Part shown: positions 1 through 13,570 of the stretch, piece after piece
Layout: the number at the start of each line of letters is the position of its first letter
How positions within the stretch are numbered: the stretch's first letter is position 1
Notes under the pieces: model-generated
What the model was told of the DNA's origin: nothing
Seen by the model: the letters and a program-made list of their open reading frames with translations, nothing else
Databases searched by the model: none
Made by a program: the position numbers and the translations under genes
DNA from: Callorhinchus milii
Lineage: Eukaryota
Reading direction: 5' to 3'
Assembly: GCF_018977255.1 (NCBI RefSeq)
Contig: NW_024704742.1
Location: 42,472,001-42,536,000 of the forward strand
DNA: 64,000 nt

Positions 1-390
1 GATGACACCAAACTCTATCTCTCTGTCTCCACCCTCGACCCTCAGCAATCCCTCAAACCCCACATTTATGCCATGACCTTTTCCTGCTTCATGTTACCTG
101 CACTTCCCGACCCACCATTCACAGTCGGACATTCAGCACTCCGCTCTCGCACTCTGGAACTCTATCCCGCAATCCCTCCACCTCACACCCTCTCTTGCCT
201 ACCTTCAAGTCCCAACTGAAGACTTTCCTCTTCAACTGTGCCTTTGGCCACCTTCCCACCCCCACCGCCCTCCTTTCCCTTCTGACCCCAATTCCCAGCT
301 TGGGTCCAAAACCCCTGATTGTCTAGCACCCTGGGATTTTTCCGATGTGAAAGGCACTATACAAGTGTAATTTATTGTTTTGGTTGTAGT
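1..390 (+). mobile_element. Degenerate, internally deleted L2 LINE fragment
   Basis: Starts with GATGACACCAAACTCTAT (DDT-LY of the RT motif), followed by CTCTGGAACTCT and the L2-type tail GTGAAAGGCACTATACAA. Confidence 0.75.
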
Positions 391-1907
391 GCCTTTCAAA
401 CATAAAGGGCATCTCAAAAGTGCTTCACAAAATGTTATTGTAAAGTGGAGTGACTAGTATTTTTGTGAGCAGTACTCCCCCACCCGCAACTCAGGAGCAC
501 TAAATCCAACACTGGGCTAATTACTCCAATCCCAACATCCTCCTCTTTGTCTGTGGCTTTCTAATTTGTTCCTCTTCAAATGTTTATCAAATTTCCTTGT
601 AAATGCTTTTACGTGTCAGTAGCCACTTGTGACAAATCAATTCTTTTTCTATGTGCAAAGGTTTCTTCTAACCTCCTCCCTTGTCTCTTCAGAACAGCAA
701 ATCCTGTGCTGCAGTGTGAATGCTTCCATTTTCCAAATTCAATCCATCCTTGTGACCTTGGAGAGATGCTATTAATCAAGCATCAATTTGTGCTTAGTAA
801 TGAGAAGTCAGGTTGCCCTGTTGACTCTGCTAATGTGGAACTAGGTTGAGGCCAGCCAAAGTGGCAGATGGGAAAGTGGAAACTTTCATCCCATCTGTCT
901 GGAATGGATTCAAACACAAAGGTTGTCAGGCAGTGTACCAATTCACTGCACTATTTTCCATTCTGCAGAATATCTTTTTAAAATTATTTATAGGATAAAA
1001 ATGCACATGTGTTGTATTCCTATGGGATATATTCAGCAGTACAAACTACCAAGGTCACTCCCAAGCTGTCTATAACTGTACACTGCCCCTCACACCTTTG
1101 TCACATGTACGGTGTGTTGAATGGCCAATGTATGGTGTTCCAAAAATGGGCTGAGGAATGTCATATCTTATATGACACTAATATGATGCTGATCACATCT
1201 TGGTGATACATTAGGATATTCCACTTCTAAAGACGTTCCAGCCAATAACTGCTTGCAGGTTGCTGCAGTAAATGAGGCAGCAGGTGGTGCCTTTGCTCTT
1301 GCCACCGTGCATTTCAGTATTGGTTTGGAGAATACCGGCTTAACTCTGTTTTTCAAAGAACTTGCTACATCTATGTAATGGAAAATAAGTTCATCATATC
1401 GCATGTAAATCCACAATGAAAGGATTGATATTCGTGGCGATTGGCATATAATAGATCCCCCCTCCCCTGACACACACACACACAGACTGTGGGATGCATT
1501 GGTTTTGTTCAGGAAGTTTTAATGGCAAAAAGAAACAATCAGAGAATTGCAGGTAAAAACTTTCAAATGTAAGACAAACCCAAGTGCCAATGTGCCCACA
1601 TAAGCCACCCTAATTTCACTCTAAAGGTCATGTCTTAGCTGATAATTGCTGAATATAGAGGGAACCAAGGGTAAAAGCCATCTTCATTGTTGTCAGCTCA
1701 AAGCTGATGCAACCATTAATAAAAATAAGCCACCTAAAAAGAAATCAATTCTGGACTGTTTCTTTACTTGAAATACTGCTTAGCCTTTGCTGGTGATTCC
1801 ATTAACACTCTGAAACAGTGTGAATCTCATTAACTTCTTTGAACTAAACGTGTGATCTTTTTTCTGCATGAACTTGAGGTGCCTGTAGCATTTTAGGTAT
1901 CATATCA

Positions 1908-2200
1908 TAATCCTTGCATTTGATATAGTAGTTTATCACCATGTTGAGATGTCTCAAAGAGCTTCACAGGATTCGCTGTAAAGTGTAGTGACTATAGTTG
2001 TAGGCGAACATGGCAGCCAATTTGCACACAGCAATGTTCTCATGAAGTGAATGACCAATTTTATTTGGGGGGATTGTTGGCCAGGACACCAGGTAACACT
2101 CCCTTCTCTTTTTTGAATAGTGCTGTGGGATCTTTAACATCCACCTGGACAAGGAAATGGGATGTCAGTTTAACAGCTCATCTGAAGCATGGAAGTTCAA
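1908..2200 (-). mobile_element. Deu-domain SINE fragment
   Basis: Reverse complement of the Deu core (GGATCTTTAACATCCACCTG) plus the ATAATCCTTGCATTTGATATAG tail. Confidence 0.7.
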
Positions 2201-2799
2201 CCGTGAAGCATCAGCCATTCCTGGTGGTCTTAGATTACTGAATAAAAGCAGAAATTATTTCTCCATTTGTACCTCCCAGTGAGAGAAATGATTGCGTGTA
2301 TGAATTTTTCTATACCCTAAATTAAATTAAACACACTACAGTCGGAATGGGAAAAAATGGGTTGGTGACTGGGAGCAAACAGTGATTCATCATGTAATCC
2401 TAAACACTGTTGGGACAGGTTCATTACTCGCAGGATTAATATTTTACATAATACTAATAAATAATCCTTGATATAGCGCTTTACCACATATTTGAGGACT
2501 GCTGGATACTAGCTTAATACAACAAAAAATTAGTTAAACCATTATCACAGTAAGCAACCCCAAATGCCCCATTGCAGAAAGATGGACCACTGGAGGCTTC
2601 TATTGGCTTCAGGCTCAACTATTCTGCTGAAGCTGGAGGTGGAGGTCACATCCACAGGGTATATTATTGTTGACTTGCTGATTGCAATCACCTCAGATTT
2701 CACCTCTTTAACCCTCGTTCTTAATGAATTTTGAGAAACTGCTCATAGATTATTTTTAATAATAAATAGTCATCCTTGTATTTGATATAGCATGTTTAA

Positions 2800-3359
2800 C
2801 TGCTTGTCGGCCTTCCGAACTCCTCCTTCCACAGGCGGCAGATAACCCAGAACTCTGCAGCCCGTGTCTTCTCCTGCACCAAACTCCGCGACCCCATCTC
2901 CCCATTCTCACCCGACTCCACTAGCTCCCTATCCTTCAGAGGATCCAGTTCAAAATCCTTGTCCTCATCTATAAGGCCCTGCATGGCCTCGCCCCACCCT
3001 ACCTCAGCAACCTCCTAATCCCTTCCAACCCGCCCGCTCCCTCTGCTCAGCTGGCTCTGTCCTGCTCCACGTCCCCCGCCCCACCCGCCCCACCATTGGC
3101 GGAAGAGCCTTCAGTCACTCTGCCCCCAACTTCTGGAATTCCATCCCCCAATCACTCCGCCTCGCCCTCTCCTTAGCCTCCCTCAAGTCCCGCGTCAAAA
3201 TCCTCGTCTTCAACCATGCCATCTGCCACCTACCTTCCCTTCCCCTCCCTTCTCTCCCCCCTGACCCCAGCTCAGGTCTGAAATGCTGTACACTATCCAG
3301 CACCTTGGGACATCCTCCCAATGTGAAAGGCGCTATACGAATGTAATCTTGTTGTTGTT
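2800..3359 (+). mobile_element. L2 LINE 3' fragment
   Basis: Homologous to the ORF2 C-terminus at 54760-55170 ([11 protein letters not shown] motifs). Ends GTGAAAGGCGCTATACGAATGTAATC(TTG)n. Confidence 0.85.
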
Positions 3360-3451
3360 TAACATCAGAAGACTGCCTCAAAGCCCCTCACATGATATAC
3401 TGTAAAAAGTTATTATTATTATTATTAAAGTGAAGTTCCCAAAACTGAACA

Positions 3452-3825
3452 TAATAATAATACTAGCATTTGATAAAGTGCCTTATCATATATTTGTAGA
3501 CAACATGGCAGCTAATTTGTGCACAGCGATGTCCAACAAACAGCCATCAACTAAAGTACCAATCTTTATCTGGTGGCATGTTGACCAAAACTTAGGGAGA
3601 AACTACCTTCAATTAAATAATGCCATGGGATCTTTAACATGCGCCTGAACTAGGAGATAGGACCTCAGTTTAATTTCTGATGTGAAGAAAGACACCTCTG
3701 TCAATGCGGTGCTACCTTTGTACTGAGTTGGAGTGTCAGCCTAGAGTATGAGCCGTACTTGGGACTTCAACCCACAACCTTGTAACTCAGAAGTGAGAGT
3801 AATACCAACACGGCCAGGCTGACAC
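3452..3825 (-). mobile_element. Deu-domain SINE, near full length, diverged
   Basis: On the minus strand it has a tRNA-like head, the Deu core and a (TTA)n tail. Confidence 0.7.
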
Positions 3826-4642
3826 AGCAGGACGATATTCCAACTGTAACCTAGCTAATGATTTCTACAGGTTTAGCAATATTACTTTCCATTTAGATGG
3901 GGCCTCATCCAAAACACCTTGGTGTAGCAGCTGCATTAAAATTATATTTCCATGTGCCTTTGGCAATCGTGGAGCCACTGGTTGATGGTTAGTGGGTAGA
4001 AGCATTCGAATAGTCGTTTCCCTGAGAGTGCAGGCTGACACCGAAACATGAATGCACCTCTGTGTATACAGCTTGACTGCTGGAATCCTGATGTGATTGT
4101 GACTCCTCAACTATGCTGAATCCAGGAAAGTGGGGCGGAAGGGGGGGACTGGAAAACACAGGGTACAGGGATTCACCCCCGAGGCTAGAGACTGCATTAT
4201 CGTCATTATTGGTTGATGATGACAATTCTCACATCACACGGTCTGCTGTCTCCCCTCCCCCACTCCACCTCAGGCTTTTATGTGGTGTGTGTCTTAAATA
4301 ATATATGTGTATTACAAAAGGAAAAGTGAAGGCAGGTAAAATCATGTTGCACAGATGGAAATAATTATATGCTTGAGGCATGGCAATGTAAAACAGTGAA
4401 CATGCTGTCCCTTCTAAACCATTTCCGTCTGTTGCTCTCACACAATAAGCAAACAGAAAAAGACTTAGCACATATAAATAATATCACTGTGTCTTAACAT
4501 TGTACATATTGAATATTCCTATCAACGTATAATAAATAATAGGGTCTGCTGCGTTGCACATATGAGCGAATAAAATAGATAATAATGAAATATAAAGAGG
4601 ATATTTGGGGTATGTGATATGATAATTATCGTTTTGTGTGCT

Positions 4643-4704
4643 GTGATAATTGCCACCAGTGATAATTACCACCAGTGATAATTACCACCAGTGATAATTA
4701 CCAC
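4643..4704. repeat. 16-bp minisatellite (GTGATAATTACCACCA), about 4 copies
   Basis: Tandem copies are directly visible, with one substitution in the first unit. Confidence 0.95.
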
Positions 4705-4915
4705 GTGTTGCAATTGTTTCCCCTTTATGTTTATTTTGCAATAATATAACTAAGTTTTATGATTACCTACCATCCAAACACGTGCAACAATTGGCAACAA
4801 AAATTAACATTAATAACTAAAGTATAATGGACCACTCCATTTCTAATGTTAGATATTAGAGAGGTTAGAAATGTCGTTAGAGCAGATATGAATAAGGCAC
4901 TTTGCTTGAATCAGA

Positions 4916-5540
4916 CAACAACACAAACAATAACTTGTACTTATATAAGGCCCTTCACATAGGATAATGACTTGGTGCACTTTGTAGTGATGGGGTTTGA
5001 CACCAAGCAAGGAGGAAGGGAAAGTGACCACAGGCTCCGTCAAAGAGTTAGGTTTTAAGGCAGGATTTAAAGATAGAGAGTGGGGAGATGGGGGAGTGTT
5101 AGAGGTAGGGAGTTCAAGCTGTTGGGAGGTGAGGACTGAAGGTAGTCAGTCAAATGCCACTATATCCAAGGATAATTAAAGACTGGAGCAGGCTGCCAGA
5201 AAGGATGGCTGGGGTCAGATGCTGGACATATTTGATAAGCAGCCTAAACAATTGCATTTATATAGCACTTTTCACATTGGGAAGATGTACCAAGGCACTG
5301 GACAGTCAAGAGTTTGCACCCAAGCTGAGGGTTGGATTCGGGAGGGATGGAGGCAAAGGGGAGTAGGGGTGGGAAGATGACCGAAGACGTGATCAAAGTG
5401 GAGGGTCTAGAGATGGATGGTGATGGAAGGAACGAGGCGAAGAGACGCCGAGATGGAGTTCGAGAGAGTGCGGGCAGAAAGGCTGAAGGCCCAACCACTA
5501 ACGGTGGTGCAGTAGAGAGGGGCACATGAAGCAGGTCAAA
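4916..5540 (-). mobile_element. Two degenerate L2 3'-end fragments
   Basis: (CAA)n tails and TTGCATTTATATAGCAC-like motifs at ~4916 and ~5248, each followed by purine-rich antisense L2 3' sequence. Confidence 0.6.
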
Positions 5541-6422
5541 CATTCGCTATTGGAAAGGGATTAAAACTACAAAGAAAGCATAGCCAAAGCATGATGCCTT
5601 ACAAAACTGACTGAATTCTAAACATACAATACAAAATACAATATTACATTTGCATAGCATCTTCACATCAGTAGGATATCCCAAGGTGCTGGACAGTCAA
5701 GGATTTGGACCCGAGCAGGAACATAGTTACAATGTAAACATAGGATTAATCTTGTAAATGAAATGGAATAAAAACATGTTACTAGCCTCAGCTCATGTCC
5801 TATCACTAGTGGAGAATACAGATTCAAAATCTGCAACAGATGCAGGCACCACAAAGAAATAATACGTTCACTACCAATAATGTACAAAGGAAAAGTCAGA
5901 TTGGAGAGCACAAAAACTCTGAGGCGATTAAGGGGTTCAGACGATATTGTAACCTCTGAGAATAATAGCTTTGACATTATGTGAACCAACCCAAACATCA
6001 TTTCAGGTAATATAGAACTGTTTTGTAGTTATATGTTTTTACAAGTGAATATGCTGTTGTAAAGTCTTTCATTATCTGCAACTCTCAGGCATGAAGGTCT
6101 TCTGAAGACAGTGGGAGATTTTATGTAATGGCACATGAGGGTGGAATTTATGCTTCAAGGCTTAAAATATCAAAATCACACGACAGAAAAAGCCAATCAT
6201 TCAAGAACATTTCTAATAGTTAGTGCTATAAAATGACATAGCTACTCCACACTCCAATCTCCTTAACCCAGCGGATATGCATTAGACATTGATAGCATGC
6301 CGGCCTGAAAGACGTAATAACCTAAATTTTGAAGGGCTTTTCAAACTGGGTACAAAAATGCGGTATACATTTTCTATTGTAATCACACTATTTTACATTG
6401 CTATTCAGCATAAAATACAGAT

Positions 6423-6547
6423 GGGTGAAAATTCCACTCAGCATTATGTGTAGAGGTCTTTGATGATGTGCAGCCATAATGGGAAATTCTATTCATGGCC
6501 AATAACACCAAAGACAATCACGTAATGCTGAATGTAATTATTTCCCC
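6423..6547. repeat. Imperfect ~125-bp palindrome (MITE-like)
   Basis: GGGTGAAAATTCCACTCAGCATTATGTG pairs with CACGTAATGCTGAATGTAATTATTTCCCC. Inner GTCTTTG/CAAAGAC and GCCAT/ATGGC also pair. Confidence 0.65.
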
Positions 6548-8799
6548 AAACTTACCAATAGATCCCATCTTTAGTGCATTCCTGAAAACAATAACAACTT
6601 GCATTTATAATAATAATCGTTTCGTTTGATATAGTGCCTTTCACGTCCGGAGGACGTCGCAAAGAGCTTCACCAAGATGGAAAAAGAGCCCAAGCAGGGT
6701 GGGAGAAATGGGGTGGGATTAGGAGGGAGGTGCTAGACTGTAGGTAGGAAAATTCAGTAAATAACATCTATTTTAGTTCTGTATGTTGTGGTGAAAAATA
6801 ATCTTGCACTTAAATGGATCTTGCATGTAAAGTTCCTGTTTTTGATTAAAGGTATTGTACGTTGTATGTCGTCTAAGTGACATGAATTGAAGATACATAT
6901 ACGTATGTACGTTTCACCATGTTGGTGTGACATATCCTTAGTTACAAATCCTAAGTCAATAACTTGCTCTATGTTCTCTGGCATCAGAAGAGGTACTTGT
7001 GCAGCTGCCAATCTCAACGTGTTTTAAAGATGTCTAAACAAAAGGAAGGGCTGAAATCTATTGAAGTAATGTCATTTTTCAGAGCCAGAAAAGTAAAAGA
7101 AAAACTTGAAACAGGGAGACAATTCCAAAAGCTCATGGGTTGACAGTTTTATACATGAGACAAAATTCTATTTCATTGGCACCATGGCAAAATATGAATA
7201 CAAATACTTAGTCTGCCCCACTATTCTACTTCTGCTTTGCAATAAAGGTTGGAATTGATAGTGTGAATTATTAATATTATAAAGAATAATGATTGCTGTA
7301 GGTGTGTGTGCGTCAGGGAAGCATAAATGGTTTGCACACTGGGATAAAGAGCCTCAGGATTTCAGCGCACGGAATGACAGATACATGACACCAGCTCGCA
7401 TCAACTTAGCTCTGATCCAGCTTCACCTTAGAGCTCAGATCTCGGCGTTTTTTAGTGAAATGTAAGGGGTTCAAGCACAAAACTTGCTTTACAACCTGAG
7501 GAACTTTTTTTTGAAGCTTAGGCCATTTATGTTGTGTATATTGTTCAAACACTTTCTTAACCTATTCCACCATTTTCTAAACCACTCAGCTGCAGGATAT
7601 TGGAGTGTCCTTTGTTCTCATGAACAGTGAAGGAGGTCACCCCCAAAGTATAACCCTCCGGTGTATTGATTAGCTGTCAAACACAGCAGAAGCCAGCTTA
7701 TTTAATAGATTTCATGCCTGCTCCTCTGTAAGGTGGTCAAGATATAAGAACAAAGATAGACTGACTGACAGAGATATGGAATCTGAAAACTCTGATAATT
7801 GAAGGCAACAATTTGGAAAGGTTATTGAGGATAACAAAAAGAGACAGTTTCCAAGTTTGCTTGTGATATTAAAATTGCCCAATGAAAGTTATTTGATTTT
7901 CTTTCATTTCCACAGCAACATGCTGTGGTCCTTCTCTCCTTTGAGCAAAACGTGTTCCGGGATCATGATGGCTTTGTGAGCAAAATGTATGGAAATGAAA
8001 ATCACAGAAATCGATTTGCTGCTCTGTTTTAATCATATGATTTACTCTCACTTGTCAAGAAACCTCATCTAAATTATTAATTGGGCAGCTACTGGACCAT
8101 TTTTAAAAAAAATGAAACTGAAACACTGTCAAATTTCTCCCATGATGTGCTTTAAATGTGTTTTAATGCTGGATAATATATCACCCATTATTTAATATTT
8201 ACATTGGTTTATGGCTATCATTTGTACTGCGTTGCTCTCTAGAAGATATGGAGAAACCAAACGAAGCCAGGAACTTTCCCATAGGTATGTAGAGATTCAT
8301 CCTCGACTGCAGTGGTGTACAACTGAACTTAAAACACAGCTCTTCCAGTGAGAGCAGTCATTTCTTCAAATGAAATTGTCAGAGTAATTGAACTTTCCTT
8401 TTTCGAAAAGTTGCATTTAAGGTATTTTTTTGTAATGTTTTCTCCTTACATATTCTAGCTGAAAGCATTGAATCATATTAGCTGTGTCAGTGTTTGCACC
8501 TCAAGCACTGAAGTAAACAGTCAACTGTAAGATCTTAACCTGGACAGTGAGTATAAGTGGGCTTATTCAGCCTTGGGGATCAATACATTGTCCTACCCGT
8601 ACCGAATGCTGCTCTAATTATGCAGGCACACACATATGCAAAGCATACTCACTTCCATGAGGAAACAATTGTGTTAGAGTTGGGATAGATATTTAGGACG
8701 GATGGCTGTAGCAAACCACTTCCACACTTGCTCGGTAAGGCTAGGTTGTTACAGAACAGCAATCAAACCCAAGATCATTCAGATTTATATGATTCACGT

Positions 8800-9117
8800 G
8801 GAGTCCTGTAGCTCAGTAGTTAGAGTACTCGCTTTGCAAGTGAAAGACTGGGTTCGAATCCCGGCAGGACGAAACCTTGGGCAAGTTTCCTTACTCCACA
8901 TGCCTGATAATAATCCCTCAAGATAAAAAACAATAATAAATTGGGCACTTCAATCAACGACTATTTGTGGGACACTGCTGTGCGCCGCATTTTGCACACA
9001 AATATACAGTCAATTCACTTTACAGTCTATTCTGTTAAGCGCTGTGAGACAACTAGAAGATGTGAAAAGCGCTATATCAAATTATCAAATGCAAGGATTA
9101 TTATTATTATTATTATT
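8800..9117 (+). mobile_element. Full-length tRNA-derived SINE (partial CORE-like middle, L2-related tail, (TTA)n end)
   Basis: A-box TAGCTCAGTAG and B-box GGTTCGAATCC, then CCTTGGGCAAGTTTCCTTACTCC. The tail reads GTGAAAAGCGCTATATCAAA...GG(ATT)n. Many copies occur in the window. Confidence 0.88.
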
Positions 9118-11109
9118 CGATTCCACATCACAAGATGAATTTACCAGCTAATCCAGAGAAGATCAAATTCTGATATTCTGTGAAGAAATGTGATAGGCTT
9201 GAATTCAGATCTTCTCTATTCCCCTCCCGTTCTATTTTTGTTTGTATTATTTAAATTCTTCTCACAATCCTAGTATTATCATTTCATATGCACGAGCGTC
9301 ACATTTTAAATAGCATAACACTGAGCCGTGAAGAATAGCACAGCAGTGTGATACATCATGCTGTTCTTCAGAGCAATTGACTCCAGAATTCAAACTTGAA
9401 TCGTTTCTACTGGAAAAGATATTAGTTAGCATGTTAATGAAGTGCAACTTCTAGAGACCTGTTAGAATATTTTCTTATTTGCTATATGTTAAAGCAATTG
9501 AAACATTTGCAGGAGCTAAAATTAAGGAAAAGCGTAACATCATGTGTAAACAGGGCCGCAATGATTGATTGGATACAAACACGAAAACATATGAAACCTC
9601 AGTGTGTTGCAAGTTGTGTGATCCATTACTGCTAAGATGCAGTAAACAGATGGGCAATCTAATGACTTGTTAATTAAAACAAGCCACTGGTGTCTTTCTC
9701 TAATCATTAGAGCAGTGCAAAAATCAAGTAGCGTCTGCATAGAAAGCACCAGACAAAGGTATATCTGGATTCTTTCTTTGCTATGTGATTTAAGAACAGC
9801 TGCCTTTAAATGTATCCTAAATTTAAGTATAAGAGACAATAATGTCATATGAGCAGATGCGCTCATTGCCCTTGTTTTATCAAATCACAACAAAGTTCCA
9901 ATTAAAGGCCATTGAGAGATGCTGTGTGAATGAAAGTTTCATGGCAGGGTAAAAGTTCCTAGGTATTATCCATGGTTCTGAAACTAAAAGTACATCCACA
10001 GCCCTTGAATGTGCTGCCCAACTGAAACACTTACATTTGTCTGTTCAGATCTATGGTGTGCTTATTACAACTTGTGACTAATTTTATTACAGTAGTAGTG
10101 CATGGCTGCAAATTGAATATCATTGATAAAGAATAGATTGAGAAGTGTTCTCACCAATCAAGGGCGGCAGAGGTAAAGGAAACCAAATACATATTCTGAT
10201 AAATAAGAATTGTCGTTGAACATTCTATAATCTGGCTGCATCTTTACATAAGGAAGGCAGTACACGTATAATGGAAATGATGCAATGGGGATTAGAAGAA
10301 AGGCTCCTGGTCTTCACTGAGTATAGTGTGTACAAAATGCCGTCAATCTTTCATGTTCTGAGATAAACTGATGTTTAATGCTATAACATCTCATCGATAC
10401 AAAGTAAAATACAATAATGAACACCTGCTTGTTACCCTTCTGGAATATTTCTCTAAGGGTATAGGTACAGTAAACTCCTGATATATCATCATTCCAAGGC
10501 AAAGCTTATTTGTTAAAACTTGTTTATACCGTATATATTTATATACAGGCATATTGCCTATAAAAACATTTTGTTCATTTTGCTCATTTTAATAATGAGC
10601 AAAATGAACGTGTGCGGTGCAGCTGGCTGAATGGTGCAAATAAGTTCTATGATACATCCAATATTTTACTTATTGGGATGTATACAATGCTAATTTATAT
10701 GTTATAATTGAGTGATGAAAAAATGGGGAGTAGGTCCCTTATTCACATTTTGCATGGGTAATGGCTGGGATAGTGATAGTGTGATGATATAAGCCATGTG
10801 ATGTTAAAAGTCAAAGTATTATCAGGAGTTCATTGTGCAAGACTTCAACAAGTCCATGAATGCTTATTAACATTTGTGACATGTGTTATTTTCTAATAAC
10901 AATGTTACAAAATATACAACAGCAGCTATCTGCACTTATTTTGCAACTTTCATCATAATAATAATCCTTACTTTTGATATAGCACCTTTCACATCAGTAG
11001 GATGCCTCAAAGCCCTTCACAGGATATACGACTGTAAATTGTAATGGCTGTATATTTTGTAGGCGAACATCTGAAAGAACAGTACATAACAAACTATACA
11101 TGTCTTTGC

Positions 11110-11650
11110 AAAGACTGAGTGGGAGCTTGGTTTTAAAGCGCGTTTTGAAAGCAGAGCAGACGGGACAAAAGGAGGGATTTGGGACAGAGAGGGGCAAAGT
11201 GGTAAAAGATCGCCTAACTATTCAGGGTGGAGTGCCCAAGGGGCATAAAGCAAGCCAGAGTTCATGGAGTGAGATCAGTGGATGCAGAAGTAGGGTTTCA
11301 GGAGATCAAAGAAGTAGGATGGGGCAAGGCTATGAAGCCATTTGAAGATAAGTTGATCTGCTGGGGGTAGGGAGCCTGGGAAGCTGGTTAAGGATGGGGG
11401 AAGATGAACTCTTGAAGATGAGAGAGGATATGGGTTGTGGAGTTCTGGATCGTCTGGAGCTTGTGGAGGCTAGAGCTGGGGAGAGCAGGAAGCAGGGTGT
11501 TTGTAATGTCAGATGATGGTGACAAAAGTGTGGATGAGAGCTTTGGTTACATGATGGGGCATGGGGGATGAGAGACTGGTAGAGATGGGTGATGCTGCAG
11601 AATAAGGATTTGAATGAATGGCCAGGAATTAGGGTAAATAAGCAAATCCA
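11110..11650 (-). mobile_element. Old L2 LINE fragment
   Basis: Purine-rich strand with weak similarity to the reverse complement of the L2 ORF2 3' part. Confidence 0.5.
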
Positions 11651-12196
11651 CAAAGTGCTGCGCCTGTACTTGTGAGCTAAGCTATGTCTGTTTTGGTATA
11701 TATATTATATATTTCCTCATGTACCATCTTTTGTAATTCTATTGTTATAAAATAATTTAATACAAAATCCAACAGTGATCTCTGTGTATCTGTCTTTACC
11801 ACCGAGAACTAGATATTTTTAATTACAAGCTCTATCCAGCAGTTATTGTGTCCCATAAGTCAGGGTCACATGGATACAAACTGAGAGATAAATCTCCGGA
11901 GTGCATCCAGAGACCTTGATTTGTGATATAATTAATTTGTGATATAACTGTGGACAGATTACAATATGAATGTGTTACAGTGGAGCAAGCATTTCAATCT
12001 GCAGGTAATTCACCTGCAATGTAAACATGTGTTTACTCACTAGCTGATATAGTGCTTTCTTCAGGGTAAAGATCACAATGTCTACACATAGTTCAAGTTG
12101 GAGCAATCAGTCACAGATAGCACAATTAAATGTGATAGCAAGAACATCTCATTCAGCATAAATATTTATTAAGATATTAATAATTCATACTACATA

Positions 12197-13126
12197 TGGT
12201 TGCAAATCAACTTTATTCACACCTCTCTCTCCACTCCCGACTCAAACCCGTCCAGCCTGGTTATCACCCTGCCACACCAGAGACAGCGCTCGTCAAAGTT
12301 CATTCTCCTGAACCTCTCTGCCGCGTTCGACACAGTCGATTTTATCATCCTCTTCCACTGTCCATATCTACATGCTCCCTCTTGGTGACATAATCTGTAG
12401 ATATGGGGTCAACTTCCACATGTATGCAGATGACACCCAACTCTATCTCTCTGCCTCCACCCTAGACTCCAGGACCACTGCTGTCCTGACAGAATGTCTG
12501 TCAGACATCAAGTCCTGGATGAGAGCTAAGTTTCTACAGTTGAACGTCAACAAGGCTGAGGCTCTCCCGATTGGCTCCACAACTCAGGCCCTGACTGCAT
12601 CACCATCTAAGGATGCACACTCCACCTCACTGAGCCAGTACAGAACCTTGTCATCTTGTTTGACCCTCAACTATCCTTTCTAGCCCGCATGCATGCCATG
12701 ACCCGCTCTCTGTGCCATGACCCGCTCTGCCTTCTCACCTCCGCAACATCGCCAGGCTCCACCACTGTCTCACCCCTCAGGTGCCAAAACTCTCATCCAT
12801 GCATTCATCACATCCAGGCTTGACTACGCTAACTCCCTGCTTGTCGGCCTCCCCAACTCCTCCCTCCACAAGCTTCAGATCATCCAGAACTCTGCAGCTC
12901 ATGTCGTCTCCTGCAAAAGGCTTTGTGACCCCATTACCCCTACCCTCGCCCGACTCCACTGGGTCCTCATCCCCCAGAATATAGAGTTCAAAATCCTCGT
13001 CCTTGCCTTCAAGACCCTCCACGGCCTTGCTCCTAACCTACCACTGCAACTTGCTAACTCCATATCAACCTGTCAGGAATGCTACCCCACGTGAAGACCG
13101 CTATATAAATGCAAGTTGTTGTTGTT
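12197..13126 (+). mobile_element. L2 LINE ORF2 (RT) fragment, frameshifted and internally deleted
   Basis: Translations include [35 protein letters not shown] and SRLDYANSLL..QNSAA. The tail reads CTATATAAATGCAAG(TTG)n. Confidence 0.93.
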
Positions 13127-13570
13127 TCAGCTGGCTTAATTGCTACCACTCTCATCTTTGAGTCAAAAGGTTGCAAGATCAAGCTCCACATTGAGACTTT
13201 CAGTTTAAAGTCTACCTTGACTCTCTTCAATGCAGCACTGGTATTATGAGAAGCCCTAACCTTTGATGAGACATTAAACCAAGGTCCCGTCTGCCTGTTT
13301 AAATGGACATTAAAGATCCCATGGCAGTTTTTGAAAAGAGAAGGGAATTTCTCTTGTTCCTGGACAACAATCCTCTTGATACAATTGGTTATTCACTTCA
13401 TGGCTGTTTGTGGGACATTGGTTACTGCTTGCAAAACTACAGTCACTACATTTTACAGTAATATCAAGTTAACCTACAAATACACAGTCACTACTCTTTG
13501 TAGTGTGGAGCACTTTGAGATGTTTCAACAATGTAATAAGGCACTCAAATGCCTGAATTGTTATTATTAC
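13127..13570 (+). mobile_element. Deu-domain SINE
   Basis: Deu core GATGAGACATTAAACCAAGGTCCCGTCTGCC...TAAAGATCCCATGGCA, with a tRNA-like head and an ATT tail. Confidence 0.8.

Noticed and set aside
4643..4704. CRISPR-like array
   Set aside because: There are no unique spacers and the context is eukaryotic. It is a simple tandem repeat.
8802..8872. tRNA-Ala(TGC)-like cloverleaf (similar heads at 53511 and 55674)
   Set aside because: The stems are imperfect and it runs directly into a SINE body and tail. It is a SINE head, not a tRNA gene.
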